Source: Negaprion brevirostris
Taxonomy: Eukaryota
Length of the DNA stretch: 64,000 nt
Direction of reading: 5' to 3'
Assembly (NCBI GenBank): GCA_030324005.1
Contig: JARDVH010000193.1
Coordinates: forward strand, 28,407,574 to 28,471,573
Part shown: in pieces, positions 1-13,187 of the stretch
How the letters are laid out: every line of letters begins with the position of its first letter
How positions within the stretch are numbered: position 1 is the first letter of the stretch
Translations under genes and position numbers: made by a program
The notes under the pieces: model-generated
The model's input: only the letters and a program-made list of their open reading frames with translations
Database searches by the model: none
What the model was told of the DNA's origin: nothing

Positions 1-545
1 TCTTCAGTTCCTGCCTAATTTTGTTGTAATTAGCCTTCCCCCAATTTAGCACCTTAACCTGAGGACTACACTTATCCATCAGTACCTTAAAGCTTACTGA
101 ATTATGGTCACTGTCCCTGAACTGCTCCCCTACTGAAACATCGACCTGGGCTCATTCCCCAATACCAGGTCCAGTATGGCCTCTTCCCTAGTTGGACTAT
201 CTACATACTGTTTCAAGAAGCCCTCCTGGATGCTCCTTACAAACTCTGCCCCATCTATGCCCCTAGCACGAAGTGACTCCCAATCAATATAGGGGAAGTT
301 AAAATCTCCTGCCACAACAATCCTGTTACTTTTACACCTTGCTGAAATCTGCCTACGTATCTGTTCCTTTATCTTCTGCTGGTTGGGTGGCCTATAGTAT
401 ACCTCCAACATTGTGACTACACCCATTGTACTCCTGAGCTCAACTCATTTTACCTCAGTGTATAAGCCCCCATCACCACCACCACCACACCGCACCCCCC
501 GAGGTGTCCTCCTGCAGTATAGGCGTGATATTCCCTTAACCATTA
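1..545 (-). mobile_element. CR1-clade LINE fragment, ORF2 APE endonuclease region (decayed)
   Basis: ORF 130-426 contains YYRPP, VVAGDFNFPYIDW and PTREEAILDLVLGN, characteristic CR1 endonuclease motifs. Confidence 0.9.
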
Positions 546-1227
546 GTGCAACTCCCCCAAAAGTGCCAACTCTTTGCCATTGGGGATAATAGGATTTAGT
601 TTGGAATGAAACCAAAATAATCTAAATTTAACATCAAACAGTACGGTGCTTTGAACCTTCTGTAAAGCACGATGGTTTGTGTAGCTCATTTTAGTGTGTT
701 TTGAATACTTTGTTGCAGAACTGAAAAATGCAGTGATTTTGAAGAGTGACACATTACATTTAGCATTACAACATAATGTAAAAAGACCGAGACATTGTTT
801 TTTCAGAGACAAAAGGAAGTAGCTCACAATGAAACAAAAATAAAATATTAACTCTGAAAGACAAGGCTCTTTGAAAACTTGTGTCGAACACAAGACTGGA
901 TTTTACTAGCTCTCTGCAGATGGGTTGGGAGACAGGAGACCTCAGAACATGGTGATGTAAGGCATTGAGACAGGGACCTTACCCTTTCCACTGCCATGGA
1001 ATGTTACCAGCATCATGGGCCTTAGCGACAACTAAGAAGCCAACTAAACCAATTAATTGTTCAATAAAAGGCTGCTTCTCGTCTCGCTGGCATTTTGCTA
1101 TATCAAGTGGGAACATTCTGCTGTGTAGGAAGACTGCCAGCTAAATCCTGGCAGCCTGTCAGTGGATACCCCAATGGAATATTGGTGGTCCTCCTTTATA
1201 ACTTTTCCATGACCTGTAGATGGGACC

Positions 1228-1825
1228 TGTTAGGGAGAAAAATACAGTTATTGGGGCATAGTTCACACTCTTGCTCTCAAAAACCAGACAAAGACTCTTG
1301 GAGTTTCAGCCAAGGCCTTTAATTCAAATTATATAGTAAGGGCTAGTTCCAGTGTGCCGTCTAATGGATCAACAAGAAAAACCCTGATTCACAAATTCTT
1401 CAAACAATTATAGTTAAGATCTATTTACAAGAAATTAGTATATGTCAATCAAAGATTTATATTTGTACCAAAGTTATATCTATCTACTCACAACTATTGA
1501 TTAGGTTTACATCATGCATACATAAAGGTATAGTTGTCTAATTACAACTCGTGCACAAGTTGTAATTATAACATCATCAAGCAATGATATATATATGTTT
1601 GACCAATGGTATATAACCTCCCATTTCCATTATTCCACGTTCGAATGGACAAACATGAACTGTAGCTGCACATCACTCAATTGAATGGTATTTGACTCTC
1701 ATCTACTTTAATCAAAATTTTTGGTTTTCACATAGTTTTCTGTGTGTGACTGAGATATAGCTTGCAGCTTATGTGATTTTTAAACTTGTGTGATTATTAA
1801 TCCTTTCAAGACCCCTGGTGGAAAT
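1228..1825. mobile_element. Putative solo LTR-like sequence that hosts the Gypsy insertion
   Basis: Starts TGT at 1228, is AT-rich and non-coding, and appears to end ...GACA just after the Gypsy TSD (5960). No matching TSD found. Confidence 0.3.
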
Positions 1826-3102
1826 TATAGTATAAGGCTCTGGCACATAAAGGGTTAATGTGAGACTGAGTAAGAACCACATAGTGCTGTAAGAGAACAA
1901 ATGACCTGCACCTAGGCATTAGTGTAGTGTTGGACAGGGCTGCATGTAGATGCAAGCATAGAGATAGCTCCCAGCTTGGATCTTTACGGTATCTATGTAT
2001 ATAGTTTCTAGTTGCATATAAATACTTACTGTTGAACTACCTTTGGCTATGAATATATTAAAAAGACCTACCAATCTAGGTCCAATATCTTACAACATGG
2101 TGACAGCAAATAGAACAACTCAAAACCTCACAAAGACTGGAGAAGAAAGTTAAAATCCTGGAAAACTGAAGGAAAAATCAAAGAAGCATTCTGATCTGAA
2201 GAAAAGCTCAAGAATTAAATTTTCTGAGGAAGATTGTCAGAGAATAGCTCCAAAGAAAGGCTTGGAAGCTCAAGACAGAAATGCATTTCCTCACTGCAGC
2301 AGAAGATTCCACTAAGTCCTATGCAGGTTCAGATTGAATGGCCAGAATGCGCAGTGTCAGCAGATTGAGCAGGAGTGAGTTAAAACTGTGGAATTCCCGG
2401 CCAATGCAAGTCCTAAAAATGTTAAATAGTGCAGTGGTCAAAATTGCCATTTAAACCACAATCTGAGAAATCCAATTCCCGAGTTAGTGCCTGAACATGG
2501 CAACTAAGCTTGCTCAAAGAAGAGAAATTATTTAAAAAATTCATTGTGACTGAGTAATCAGCTTAAAAACCCAGCGAAAGCCAAGATTTAAGGCTCAAGA
2601 ACATTGCGCTAAAGCGGGGAAGACTCTAACCTGTCAATCCAGGCAGTCAGTGTTAAAATAATTTAAATGCTGAGCTCATAACCATCATTACTGCAGGAGT
2701 CCACAGCAGCAGGCAAGCATGGAAAAACCCTTTATGAGGAAGAGTATGCTGTGCCATCTTAGAATCTTGACAAACTCTTAAAGCTGAACCGTCAATTTGA
2801 AACCTTTAATAATGGGTCAGAAATCCACTGTTCCAGATCAATTTGGATTTATCCAAGGCCCAGATAAATCATAAAATTGGGCACTTTGGAGAAAAATATT
2901 CATTCAGGTACATGATGCTTCAGGTCTGGATAAAAAGCTGGAAGCNNNNNNNNNNNNNNNNNNNNNNNNNNNNNNNNNNNNNNNNNNNNNNNNNNNNNNN
3001 NNNNNNNNNNNNNNNNNNNNNNNNNNNNNNNNNNNNNNNNNNNNNGATGCTTAAGGTCTGGATAAAAAGCTGGAAGCTGAACAGGTTAATACACTGCTTT
3101 AT

Positions 3103-3471
3103 TTGGAAGGCTTGATAGACAATGGTATAATAGGTAGACAAGGAATCAACAAATCACTTGCAAAACTGGCTGAACTTATAAAATTATTCAATGCTTATTT
3201 TAATTGCAGAAGTAGTAAAATCCTTGAAAGGGCAAAACTTAATAAATATGTCCAGCAGCCAGGAGAATCTGTCGACTCCTTTGTTAATGAACTGTGCAGA
3301 GTTCTTGCAGGCTGTGATTGTAGTGACCAGAAATCTGAGCTAATCATGGACAGAGTAATTGTACGTGTGGCAGACGACCCACTCTCAGGTGTGCTTCACT
3401 CAAAGGAAGACCTAACCCTTGTAGGAGCCATGCAGATTGTCAGGCAAACTGTAATCCATTTGCAGCACTGA
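3103..3471 (+). pseudogene. Gypsy gag fragment
   Basis: ERAKLNKYVQQPGESVDSFVNELCRV...LIMDRVIV...LTLVGA matches the Gypsy capsid motif QxxGESVxxFxxxL. Confidence 0.85.
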
Positions 3472-3818
3472 TTCATGTTAAGGGGAGAAAGCAAGTTGTG
3501 ATACAAAGTAAACCCCACTGTCCAATTAGTGAGATAACACAGGATGCGCAAGGATAAGGGAAGCAATGCCCTAACTAACCAGTAGAGTGACCATGCTGGT
3601 GCTGTGCAAGCGTAATCAATATCTGGTAATTTCAGCCCAATGCTTTCAATGTTAGCAAATAAAATACGTCAGGAAAGTGCTGATATGTGTGCTAAGTCAA
3701 AACATCAAAAGCATGAAAGATCCCAAAAGGATTCATGGGGTCAAGATAGCACATCAAGAGCACACGCGACCATGTTTCTTCAGTGAAGTGAAAGATCCTG
3801 GATTATCATTTTGAGCAG

Positions 3819-4205
3819 AGTAAGAAGTCTCACAACACCAGGTTAAAGTCCAACAGTTTATTTGGCAGCGCTAGCTTTCAGAGTGTCAGATTTCTTCTTC
3901 AAGTGACTGAAGAGTTGTATTCACAAAAAGAGCATATACAGACACAAACTCAATTTACAAGATAATGGTTAGAATGCGAGTCTTTACAGGTAATCAAGTC
4001 TTAAAGGGATAGACAATGTGAGTGGAGAGAGGGTTAAGCACAAGTTAAAGAGGTGTGTATTATCTCCAGCCAGGACAGTTAGTGAGATTTTGCAAACCCA
4101 GGCAAGTTGTGGAGGTTACAAATAATGTGACATGAACCCAAGATCCCAGTTGAGGCCGTCCTCATGTGTGCAGAACTTGGCTATCAGTTTCCGCTCAGTG
4201 ATTCT
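3819..4205 (-). mobile_element. Penelope-like element fragment nested in the Gypsy element
   Basis: Near-identical to 24798-25180, which encodes a GIY-YIG C-terminus; carries a degenerate hammerhead core. Confidence 0.85.
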
Positions 4206-4239
4206 CCAGAACACTTTAATTCTGAAACAGAGACATCTT

Positions 4240-4452
4240 GCTTAATGGCCAGTTTAAATCTTTAAATTGGACACAGGATCTCATGTTAAGATCCTATTGG
4301 ATAAAGAACCATGGCTGAGAGAACTCTGGCTACAAACAACAGGCAACACTTTATGGCCATGGAGGACTTCAACTTCTGGTCATAAGTATGATTCTGGAAC
4401 CATTAAGGTGTGGCAGCAAACAAATCTTCCATTTAACATATGCCATCCGTAA
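4240..4452 (+). pseudogene. Gypsy aspartic protease remnant
   Basis: FKLDTGSHV catalytic motif (TTG GAC ACA GGA at 4267), downstream of gag. Confidence 0.7.
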
Positions 4453-4654
4453 TCAGTTCTTTTCTTGCTTGAGCAGAGATAACCGTGTAGCCCTGAATCT
4501 CCTCAAAGTGTCAGAAGATGTCAAGGCACCACTGTTGTAAATTATACAGAACTACAAGTTCCTGAGAGCTCCACTAAGAAAGATCCTCTCTACTGGGACT
4601 TTACCTCTGAAATGTCTTCTCTCTTTGCACAACAAGTTTGTCCATTTCCTATAC

Positions 4655-4977
4655 CATAAAATCACAGAATGCCTACAGTGCAGAAGAAGGCAAATGGGCC
4701 CATCGGGTCTGCACCAATTCTCTGGAAGAGCTTCTTTCCCTGGCCCACCCCATGGCTAATCCACCTAACCTACACATCTTTGGGTGCTAAGAGGCAATTT
4801 GTCATGGCCAATCCCCCTCACCTGCACATCTTTGGATTGTATGTGGAAATTGGAGCACTGAGCGAAACCACACAGACATAGGGAAAAAGTACAAACTCCA
4901 CACGGTCATCCAAGGCCAAATTGAAATCCAGGTACCTGGCACTGTGAGACAGCAGTGTTAACTACTATGCCACTGTG
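4655..4977 (-). mobile_element. HE1-type tRNA-derived V-SINE
   Basis: Reverse complement of the tRNA head, V-domain and CR1-like tail. Confidence 0.85.
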
Positions 4978-7945
4978 TTAGAAGCCCCTCATTGGTCAGA
5001 CCAGCCAACCACTCAGATAGTGTCCACAATACTTTGAGTAGATAACATTCAAGCAATGAACCAGCAATGAGAAAAGACTCAACCTCCAGCTTCAATGCTA
5101 GTTGGACAGATAAGCCCAATGAGCATAGAGCAGACAGTGCAAGCTGCAGCCAGCATGATGGTGCCATATTATATACTGGAACTGGTGATGCCATCCATTG
5201 ACAAAGGCGCAACAACACAGCCAAGAGCAGAGCTGAGCTTACTATAATCTTACATCTTCTTGAACAGAAAGAACCATCTTCAATCCCAGACTACCTCACA
5301 GTAAGCTGCACAAAGAAAGAGACAAACACGCTATAGAGATGAGCCCAGGGCTTGTCCACCTTGTAAAGGGTGGAAGAAACCAACCACTATCTATAACTAT
5401 AATTGGGGAATCAAAAAAAGCAATTCAATGCCAAAGAATGGAACAAGAGGGTGAAAAGATACCCAGATGCCAGAACAACCTCCAATTAAACAAAGTTTAC
5501 CTGCTGCGTCAGTGTCTACCACTTCCACAACAGTGGTGGAAACAAGATATGGATGGGTTATAAGGCCCCCTGATCACCTGAGCCTATGAACTCAGAAACT
5601 TGAGGGGGGTGAGTTGGGACTGTAGGAACTTTAAATACATCAGGATAACATGTAAGTACGTTGGATAAAGATTTGGGGATGGTGCAGTATAAAGGTCTGG
5701 CACATAAAGGGTCAACATGAGACTACGTACAGTGCTGTCCACAAAGTGATGTTAGATGACCCACATCTAGGAATCAGTATAGTTTGGACAGAGCCGTGTG
5801 TTAAAGCAAGCATGAAGACAACTCCTACCTTGGACCTTTACTGTACCTTTGTATAAAATTGTTACTAATTAATAAATACTTACTGTTGAACTATCTAAGA
5901 CTGCAAATACCTTGATAAGACCTACTGAACTATACTCAATATCTTACAACAGAAATGACAACTCCATGGTTGTGGCACTCCCTTGAAGAATGAAACTCCC
6001 CCTTGCCACCAAATTGAAATTGGCTCCAGCTCTGTAAAAAAACAAAGTACCTTGCCAGCAAGGTGCCTAGTACTTTTTACATCTTCATGAAGTGGCGCCC
6101 TCAATTGGTGGCATTGAGGTAGTGGTGCCCTCAATTGGTGGCATGGCTGAGATCAGCTCTCTGATTGGTCCAGTAGCTCTGGGAGACAGATCATCATCCT
6201 GAGTCAGACTGTGATCCTGGCTGAGGCCTTTAAATTGGTTGTCACCAGTAAGATGTTGCCCAATATCTTGTCACCCAGCCGGACAAGGTTGGATTTGGCA
6301 TCCTGTCTTGGTGACCAGCAAAGCTTTAGGCAAGAAAATTCTGGTTAAATTTTATCACATCTCAAAAATACTTCAGTCTGTTATTCAACAGTAGGGCAAG
6401 AACACACTGATTAAAGAGCAGAATGTGGGAGGCAGCATACCTTCCTTCATTAGACAATTAAAATGGATTGTAGCTGCGAGATTGGACAGCAGATGGTGGT
6501 GATGCAGTGCTTCAAATATGTGTGAGCCAACAGAGCCCAGGTTTTTAGAAGTTGACCCATTCTCCTCTTTTCTTTTACTTTGCAGTTTAAACCTGATTTT
6601 GGTTCATTATTCTCAATCACTGTTAGCTTGCACTCCCCACCATCTTTTACTGTGGTAAATAATCAAGTGTTATGAATGAACAAAGATGAAGAAAAGGGCC
6701 TTAATAAGGTAATCACATTTTCTAATGTTATGTTTTTGTCCTTTGGGTTTGGCCTTCTTTTCATTCGTTCAAACGTTTCAAAGTGCGCAATTTAAAATAG
6801 ATAGATGGAAAGGGCAGAGGAATTTATTTTAAAATGATTTTGAACATGTATAATGATGTATTATGCAACTGATCAAAAATATTTTATGGAATGGGAACTT
6901 GAAATTTTCAATGATCCCGGGTTTAAAATGGCATTATGTGCAACTGATATCTCTATTCAGCTTTAGAATAATACTTAATATAATATTATACACTGTTTCA
7001 ATGAAATATATGGAAATGGTCAGAGTGTATTGATTTGCAGATGTCATCATCATGTGACATACTAATTAACAACCATTCAGAACATTTGAATTTAACTATT
7101 CATGATGAAGAATTTTAAATAAGATATGTCTTGTCTGTTGTGACTACATTGAGGCAACACTTTCACAAGTGTGGAAGATCTATGAGTGTGAATGCATTAT
7201 AGTCTCCCCAATGAGTGAAAGAACATCGATAAAGCAATGTCAAAGGTGCAATATTGTATTTAAGTATGTGTTGATTGTCTTAGCTTTCAAATGCATTTTG
7301 AAATACATCTCAGGTTGGGTTGTCAAGGAGTAATTCAATGCAGGAAAGATCAGTTTCATCAACAGCGAAACAAGATTAACATATATTGATTTAAAAATAA
7401 CATGATGGGGTTTCTTGATAAAGTTATCTGTGGCTCCAAATTGTTTTAATGGTGCAATATGAGGTTAATTACCTCTGCCCACCTTGAGTTCCTGTCTACA
7501 ACATTCTGCGACCATCTTAAAATAACATAGGCAGCTGTGCAAATCAGTGTACTTATGTAGTGCATAATAGAAATGAAATCCTTGTTATTTTGTCGTGCCC
7601 ACATGTAAGAACAGGAGACCCTCTTTATCAAGAAAGGACCTCTCAACATACATTATTTTTGAGAATAAATCCAAGAGCGTTTTTCATGCTTTGGTGCCTT
7701 TTTGTGATTGAATACATTTCCAGTTGTGGACCCTATATCAATGTCAAACACTGCCAGACCGTTATTGGACATTGAAGATGTAAACAGAACTCTCTGTTCT
7801 GTGAAATAGCTTAACATCAGAGGTGGATCACTTGCTGTAATGATGTGAACTCTTCCTTCCATAGATCTTTCTGCATCTGACTGGGTAAGAATGCCAAGTT
7901 AGAGGAATTTGTATGAATCATGCACTCACGTCCGCCAGGATATAA

Positions 7946-8199
7946 GGGCTGTACAGTGGCACAGTAGTTAGTACTACTCTCTCACCCGGCTTGGGTCAGT
8001 GTCTGTGTGGAGTCTGCATGTTCTCCCTGTGTCTGCGCGGGGTTCATCGGGATGCTCTGGTTTCCTCCCACAGTCTGAAAGATGTGCCAGTTCGGTGCAT
8101 TGACCTCAACAGACGCCAGAATGTGGCAACTAGGGGAGCTTCACAGTAACTTCATCGCAATGTTAATGTAAGGTTATTTGTGACTAATAAATAAACTTT
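7946..8199 (+). mobile_element. V-SINE, subfamily with ...cacagtaacttcat...aataaataaacttt tail
   Basis: Box A head, V-domain ggtttcctcccacag, and tail shared with the copies at 12641, 29428 and 29829. Confidence 0.88.
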
Positions 8200-9852
8200 A
8201 TGTGGGCTAAGACTCCAAAAATTCATTTCACTTAAGATTCTTACAGAAAAAAGATATTTATCTTTTAGCTGGACCTGAATTAGAACATAGTTTCAGAGTT
8301 GTAAGATGAAAATTTACCTTGAGATCTCTTAATTTTGGTGTCAAGTATTTTCAAGTAGCAGAAAATAGATGCAGAAACTCATTCTCAAGAGCACCATAAA
8401 AGGCCCTTTACTATATTGTATTTATTTATGATGGTTGAAATACAAAGATTATGTTCAAAGTAAGTAAACATACCTTGAATCATCATTCATCCTTATATTC
8501 TTTCTGTTCATGACTGGCAAGAACCACTGCTGAGCTATGTGTTGTGTTGTGTACTCGTGATGTTGGGTTTGTATCATTTCTCGCTCCTAGCTGGCAGAGA
8601 AAGGACATGTTCATCCCAAAGGTGAAAGGTCAAAGTGCTAACCTATGCTTCAGAAATGAAAGGTCAATGTGCGAACTGATGAGAGCTGAAAGATCAGAGT
8701 CCTAACCCATTTTGTAATGGTGAGAAGAGAATCTTCAGGTTTTTCTTGAGGTTCTTCCTCCTCGATAATGGAATTTTAGTGAAAATCTTGTTTATGTGCC
8801 TTAATGGATTTTTCTTAAGTTATGACTGCGGATTAAGAGGAGCCCCATGGAAATTCCTGTCAAATGTTCTGACTAATTCTTTCATTCAGTGAACCTTGAT
8901 GTGTCAAATTTAATATTTTTATTTCTCAGTAGTGCACATTCCAACTTACAAATCACTTGAAGCAATAGAAACTTCTTCCTCCCCAAAATTCTGCAATTGT
9001 GCCTTTCCTTGGACAGCTGCACTGAATGTGTGCCATCTGCTTTACGCTCTCAATCTCCTATCAGTTACCGGATTGCCTGCTTCTTATTGGGGATTGGTGG
9101 TGGTGAAGGGGTGGAGGCGTGGGCATGCATACTGACAAGAGAGTCCATGGGCTCTGTGGGCCTCAGGTTCCAGAAGATGCCCACCAAAGTCATGACAGCA
9201 CAGCAGGCTGTCTACACCTCAGTTGTGATATCAAGACTGCATTTAAATATAATGGTAGGCAATGAAAGATTAAGAAGTATTAAAGGCACACAGGTGGCAT
9301 GGGAGTACAACATTGTATATAGTTTTGGAATATATATTTGATGTTCTCTTGCTGTTTGGCGATTCCTTGGATTCCATCTTGCTGCTAGTTGCTCAGTAGT
9401 CATGGCCATTTAACGGTGCAGAATTTGGGTCCCACAAGAGTCCGATAATGAAGATCTTTTGATTCCCTTCTCTCACATTGTCAACATAATAATTATTCAA
9501 TAATCCTACATGCCCATTACTAAATACTGGCCATCATTTGTGAATGTGCAACCTGGCCACACAACACGCAAAACTTTACCAAGTTCTAACTTCTCAAAAT
9601 GTGAGGCTAGTGCATCTCAAGCTGCCGCTGTGCTGATGTAAGTTGTGGTTAAATGCCATGAGTGCTCGAGGTGAGTTAATTCTGCTATGTGAGTGACAAA
9701 GAACTTGGTTTCAGAGCTAAGAGAGTGAAATCTAAACTCTCTTCTTAACAGTAGAATACCAGAGACTGTGCTACATGTCTGAATCCAGTGCATTTTGTTA
9801 TTTTCGTTTATAGTTCCCCCATGTGGATTATAACAATTTATACAATGCATTT

Positions 9853-10102
9853 AACTTGATTTGATTTATTGTTGTCACATGTATTAGTACGCAGTGAAAA
9901 TTATTATTTCTTGCATGCTATAGACAAAGCATACCATGCATAGAGAAGGAAAGGAGAGGGTGCAGAATGTAATGTTATAGTCATAGCTAGGGTGTAGAGA
10001 AAGATCAGATAATGATATAATATAAGGTAGGCCCATTTAAAGGTCTGATGGCAGCAGGGGAGAAGCTATTCTTGAGCTGGTTGGTACATGACCTCAGACT
10101 TC
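9853..10102 (-). mobile_element. Rex1/Babar-type LINE 3' end
   Basis: Encodes ...TNQLKNSFSPAAI... plus a 3' UTR ending in an AAATC repeat; same family as the 11073 and 17100 copies. Confidence 0.75.
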
Positions 10103-10365
10103 TGGCTTGTTACATCTTCAAAGAAATCTAGCAAATTAGTCAAAGAGTTTGCCCTTCACAAAACCATGCTGACTCTGATGGATTGCATTTTGACTCCCAA
10201 ATGTCTTGTTATTACTTTCTTAATAACAGACTCTAACAATTTCCCAATGACAAATGTTAAACTAACTGGGCTCTCGTTTCTTACTTTCTGCCTACCTCCC
10301 TTTTTGAATAAGGGCATTGCATTAGCATTTTTTCCAATCCCCTGGAATCTTTCCCCCATCCAATG
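10103..10365 (-). mobile_element. CR1 LINE RT fragment
   Basis: ANAMPLFKKGGRQKVRNESPVSLTFVIGKLLESVIK is the CR1 RT N-terminal motif. Confidence 0.88.
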
Positions 10366-11072
10366 CTGACTTGTGTCATTAGCCTCATTGTTATTTTAAC
10401 TGTAAAAATCTATCCTGTCGTGTTGCTAAGCAACACCCTCCCTGACTTGCTATAACTGTTCACCTCATATTTGTCCATCAGTACACAGTTGTAAAGTGAA
10501 TAACCATAAAGTGAATTAGATGTCATCTGGATTCTATCTCTGTTTCAAAAATCTTCTCTAAGAGCTAGTGTTTGCCAGTCAGAAAGTGATTGACTAATGT
10601 TTTCTTGTCAGACCAGATGAGCAACTCTGATCTAACAAAGAATAACACATCTTTTAGCCGTTCGCACATTCTGAGTTCATTAAGATGATTGTGTTGCAAT
10701 CATGTTCCTTTTCACAGTTAATTGCTAGTTAGAATTCAGGGGACTGTATCTGTGGTCCTGAGGCAGTGCACACATTAATCTAATGAAAAATCAGAACATG
10801 GGAAACTCTTGGGACCAACACTTGTTCCAGTAATGGCAGAACTGTGATTTTTTTATGCCATTAATCTTACAGTTCAGTCTACTCTTTAAAAAAATACAAA
10901 TGAAGATTTTCTCACCCCTGTCCCAGCATCAATGATAGGTGGGGAATTGGCACTGAGATTTGTTTCAACTGGNNNNNNNNNNNNNNNNNNNNNNNNNNNN
11001 NNNNNNNNNNNNNNNNNNNNNNNNNNNNNNNNNNNNNNNNNNNNNNNNNNNNNNNNNNNNNNNNNNNNNNNN

Positions 11073-11440
11073 GGTAGGTCCATTCAAAGGTATGATGGCA
11101 GCAGGGAAGAAGCTGTTCTTGAGTCGGTTGGTACATGACCTCAGACTGTCCTGATGGAAGAAGTTGGAAGAGAGCATGTCCAGGGTATGTGGGGTCCTTG
11201 GTTATGCTGGCTGCTTTTTCGAGGCAGCCGGAAATATAGACAGAGTCAATGGATAAGAGGCTGGTTTATGTGATTGATTGGGCTTTGTTCACGACCCTTT
11301 GTAGTTTCTTGCGGTCTTGGACAGAGCAGGAGCCATACTAAGCTGCAATACAACCAGAAAGAATACTTTCTATGGTGCATCTGTAAAAGTTGGTGAGGGC
11401 CATAGCGGAAATGCCAGATTTCCTTAGCCTCCCCAGAAAG
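11073..11440 (-). mobile_element. Rex1/Babar-type LINE ORF C-terminal fragment
   Basis: RSCTNRLKNSFFPAAI motif. Confidence 0.78.
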
Positions 11441-12640
11441 TATTTAGCAAAGCATCCCATGACACTTAATGAGAGAAACATCAACAGAAATATTCTTGAT
11501 AATTTTGACACCGATTAAATGAATGGTTTTGCAAATCACTCTCCCAAAATCATCGTTTAAGACATTTTGTAGAAATTGTTCATTTAAATTGGTATTCAAT
11601 TCAAGAGTTTTATAACAGTGCAAGGAAGATTTCCTGTGTACCATCTGTATCGGATTGTAATCTTGTTTAGGTTGACAATTTCACACACTGGAAATACTTC
11701 CCCTAACATTTTTAGCGACAAAGCATTGAAATTATGAAGTTTTAATGTGATGAATATTTTGTTGATGTGTGTATTTGGATGCAATTTGAAAAATAGAATG
11801 GGAGGATGAGAATGTTTTTTAGTGAAGGAGACAACTCTAATAATCTCCTCGTTAAATCTATTTTTGTATACTACATAGGTTGCCAAGTTGTCAAAATGAA
11901 ATAATCTTCACTGACTTGTTGAAGACTACTCCAGGCTTCTGAAAATGTTGATGTATTTTTTTAACTGATAATATTGTAAGGTAATTTTTACAGGCCCATA
12001 AATGAAGGTGACAGCTTACTTTTGCAGTACAACAGTACTGTCATAAAGATGTCTTCAAATTTAATTAAAATATTTTGAACTGTGTGAGAAGGCTGACTGA
12101 CAATTGTGTGCAAATTGTATTTCTAGATAATTTTTAAACTCAGCCAGTCAACACTATCAGAGAGAATTATGTCTCTTCAAGTAAAATAAAACTAATATGG
12201 AGTCAATTTTTTCCTATTCGCACAATATGGGATTGTTAGGAGGTGTTGGACATGGGATCAGACCATGTTGCACACATTTTCCAGGAAGCAGACAGCAGCA
12301 CAGAGGTCCAATTTGGCAGGCCAATTTCTCACACTCAAGCAGCAATAGAAATACATTTGATGTCATGTTGGCTCAGTATGGTAACGTCCTGGACTATACA
12401 GGTGTGCAAATAAAGCAATTTGGCTCCATAGCCCTCGTTGTTTCAGTTGGTAAGGGTGAAAAATGTAGAAGTAATCATAATGATCAGTGAGACCTGCGCC
12501 TGTGACCACTCCTGGTGTGGGTCACACTGAATACCGTGTTTTTGAGGAGGATAGTAGTGGAGTTTCACGCATGCAATGGAGGTATTCAGAGTAGGCAGTC
12601 TGTGATGTCAGTCAACATATAATGTTGATTTGATGACTAG

Positions 12641-13047
12641 GGTGGCACAGTGGCACAGTGGTTCACACTGCTACTGCTATATTACAGTGGTACAGCAGTT
12701 CGCATTACTACTGCTACATAATAGTATGTATAATAGTAACCTCTTATATCCATGATGGCACAGTGGTTAGCACTGCTACCTCACAGCGCCTGGAACCCGG
12801 GTTTGATTCTGGCCTTGGGCCACTGTTTGTGGGGAGTCTGCACATTCTCCCTGTGTCTGCATGGGTTTCCTCTGGGTTCTCTGGTTTCCTCCCATAGTCT
12901 GAAAGATGTGCTGGTTAGGTGCATTGGCCATTCTAAATTCTCCCTCAATGTACCCAAACAGGCACCGGGGTGCGGCGGCTAGGGGATTTTCACAGTAACT
13001 TCATTGCAGTGTTAATGTAAGTCTACTTGTGACACTAATAAGTAAAC
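12641..13047 (+). mobile_element. V-SINE with duplicated head
   Basis: tggcacagtggtt..cactgctac occurs at ~12651 and again at 12756, followed by a full V-domain and tail. Confidence 0.88.
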
Positions 13048-13187
13048 TCCCACACAAGGTTCAAGGCCCAATTTGTCTGGATCAGGCNNNNNNNNNNNNN
13101 NNNNNNNNNNNNNNNNNNNNNNNNNNNNNNNNNNNNNNNNNNNNNNNNNNNNNNNNNNNNNNNNNNNNNNNNNNNNNNNNNNNNNNN

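Larger units (their letters stand above)
1826..5951 (+). mobile_element. Ty3/Gypsy LTR retrotransposon with both LTRs, internally deleted (no RT/RNase H)
   Basis: 5' LTR 1826-2097 and 3' LTR 5683-5951 share CTGGCACATAAAGGG ... AATATCTTACAACA. TSD GAAAT at 1821-1825 and 5952-5956; PBS-like TGGTGACAGC at 2098; purine-rich tract before 5683; pol C-terminus ETRYGWVIRPPDHLSL* near 5540-5589. Confidence 0.92.
894..6346. mobile_element. Non-autonomous DNA transposon (Harbinger-type MITE) split by nested insertions; pieces ~894-1226 and ~5960-6346
   Basis: Left end gactggatttt and right end aaaattctggtt resemble the TIRs of other MITEs in the window; the intervening sequence is LTR-derived. Confidence 0.45.

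Noticed and set aside
2912-3078. Direct repeat flanking a 100-N gap (also 21957-22153 and 50447-50592)
   Set aside because: Near-identical sequence on both sides of fixed-length gaps is a scaffolding overlap artefact, not a biological repeat.
8473-8590. Minus-strand exon candidate
   Set aside because: The most open frame ends in a stop before the donor and gives no recognisable peptide.
10025-11146. Repeated segment 10025-10102 / 11075-11146 as a local duplication
   Set aside because: Both are pieces of the same abundant Rex1-type LINE and one abuts a gap.
12197-12490. 97-aa ORF in unique DNA (also 543-893 and 60250-60624)
   Set aside because: No recognisable domain or convincing splice context; the length is compatible with chance.
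12756-12830. tRNA gene-like sequences at SINE heads
   Set aside because: They run into V-domain SINE bodies and lack a full cloverleaf.
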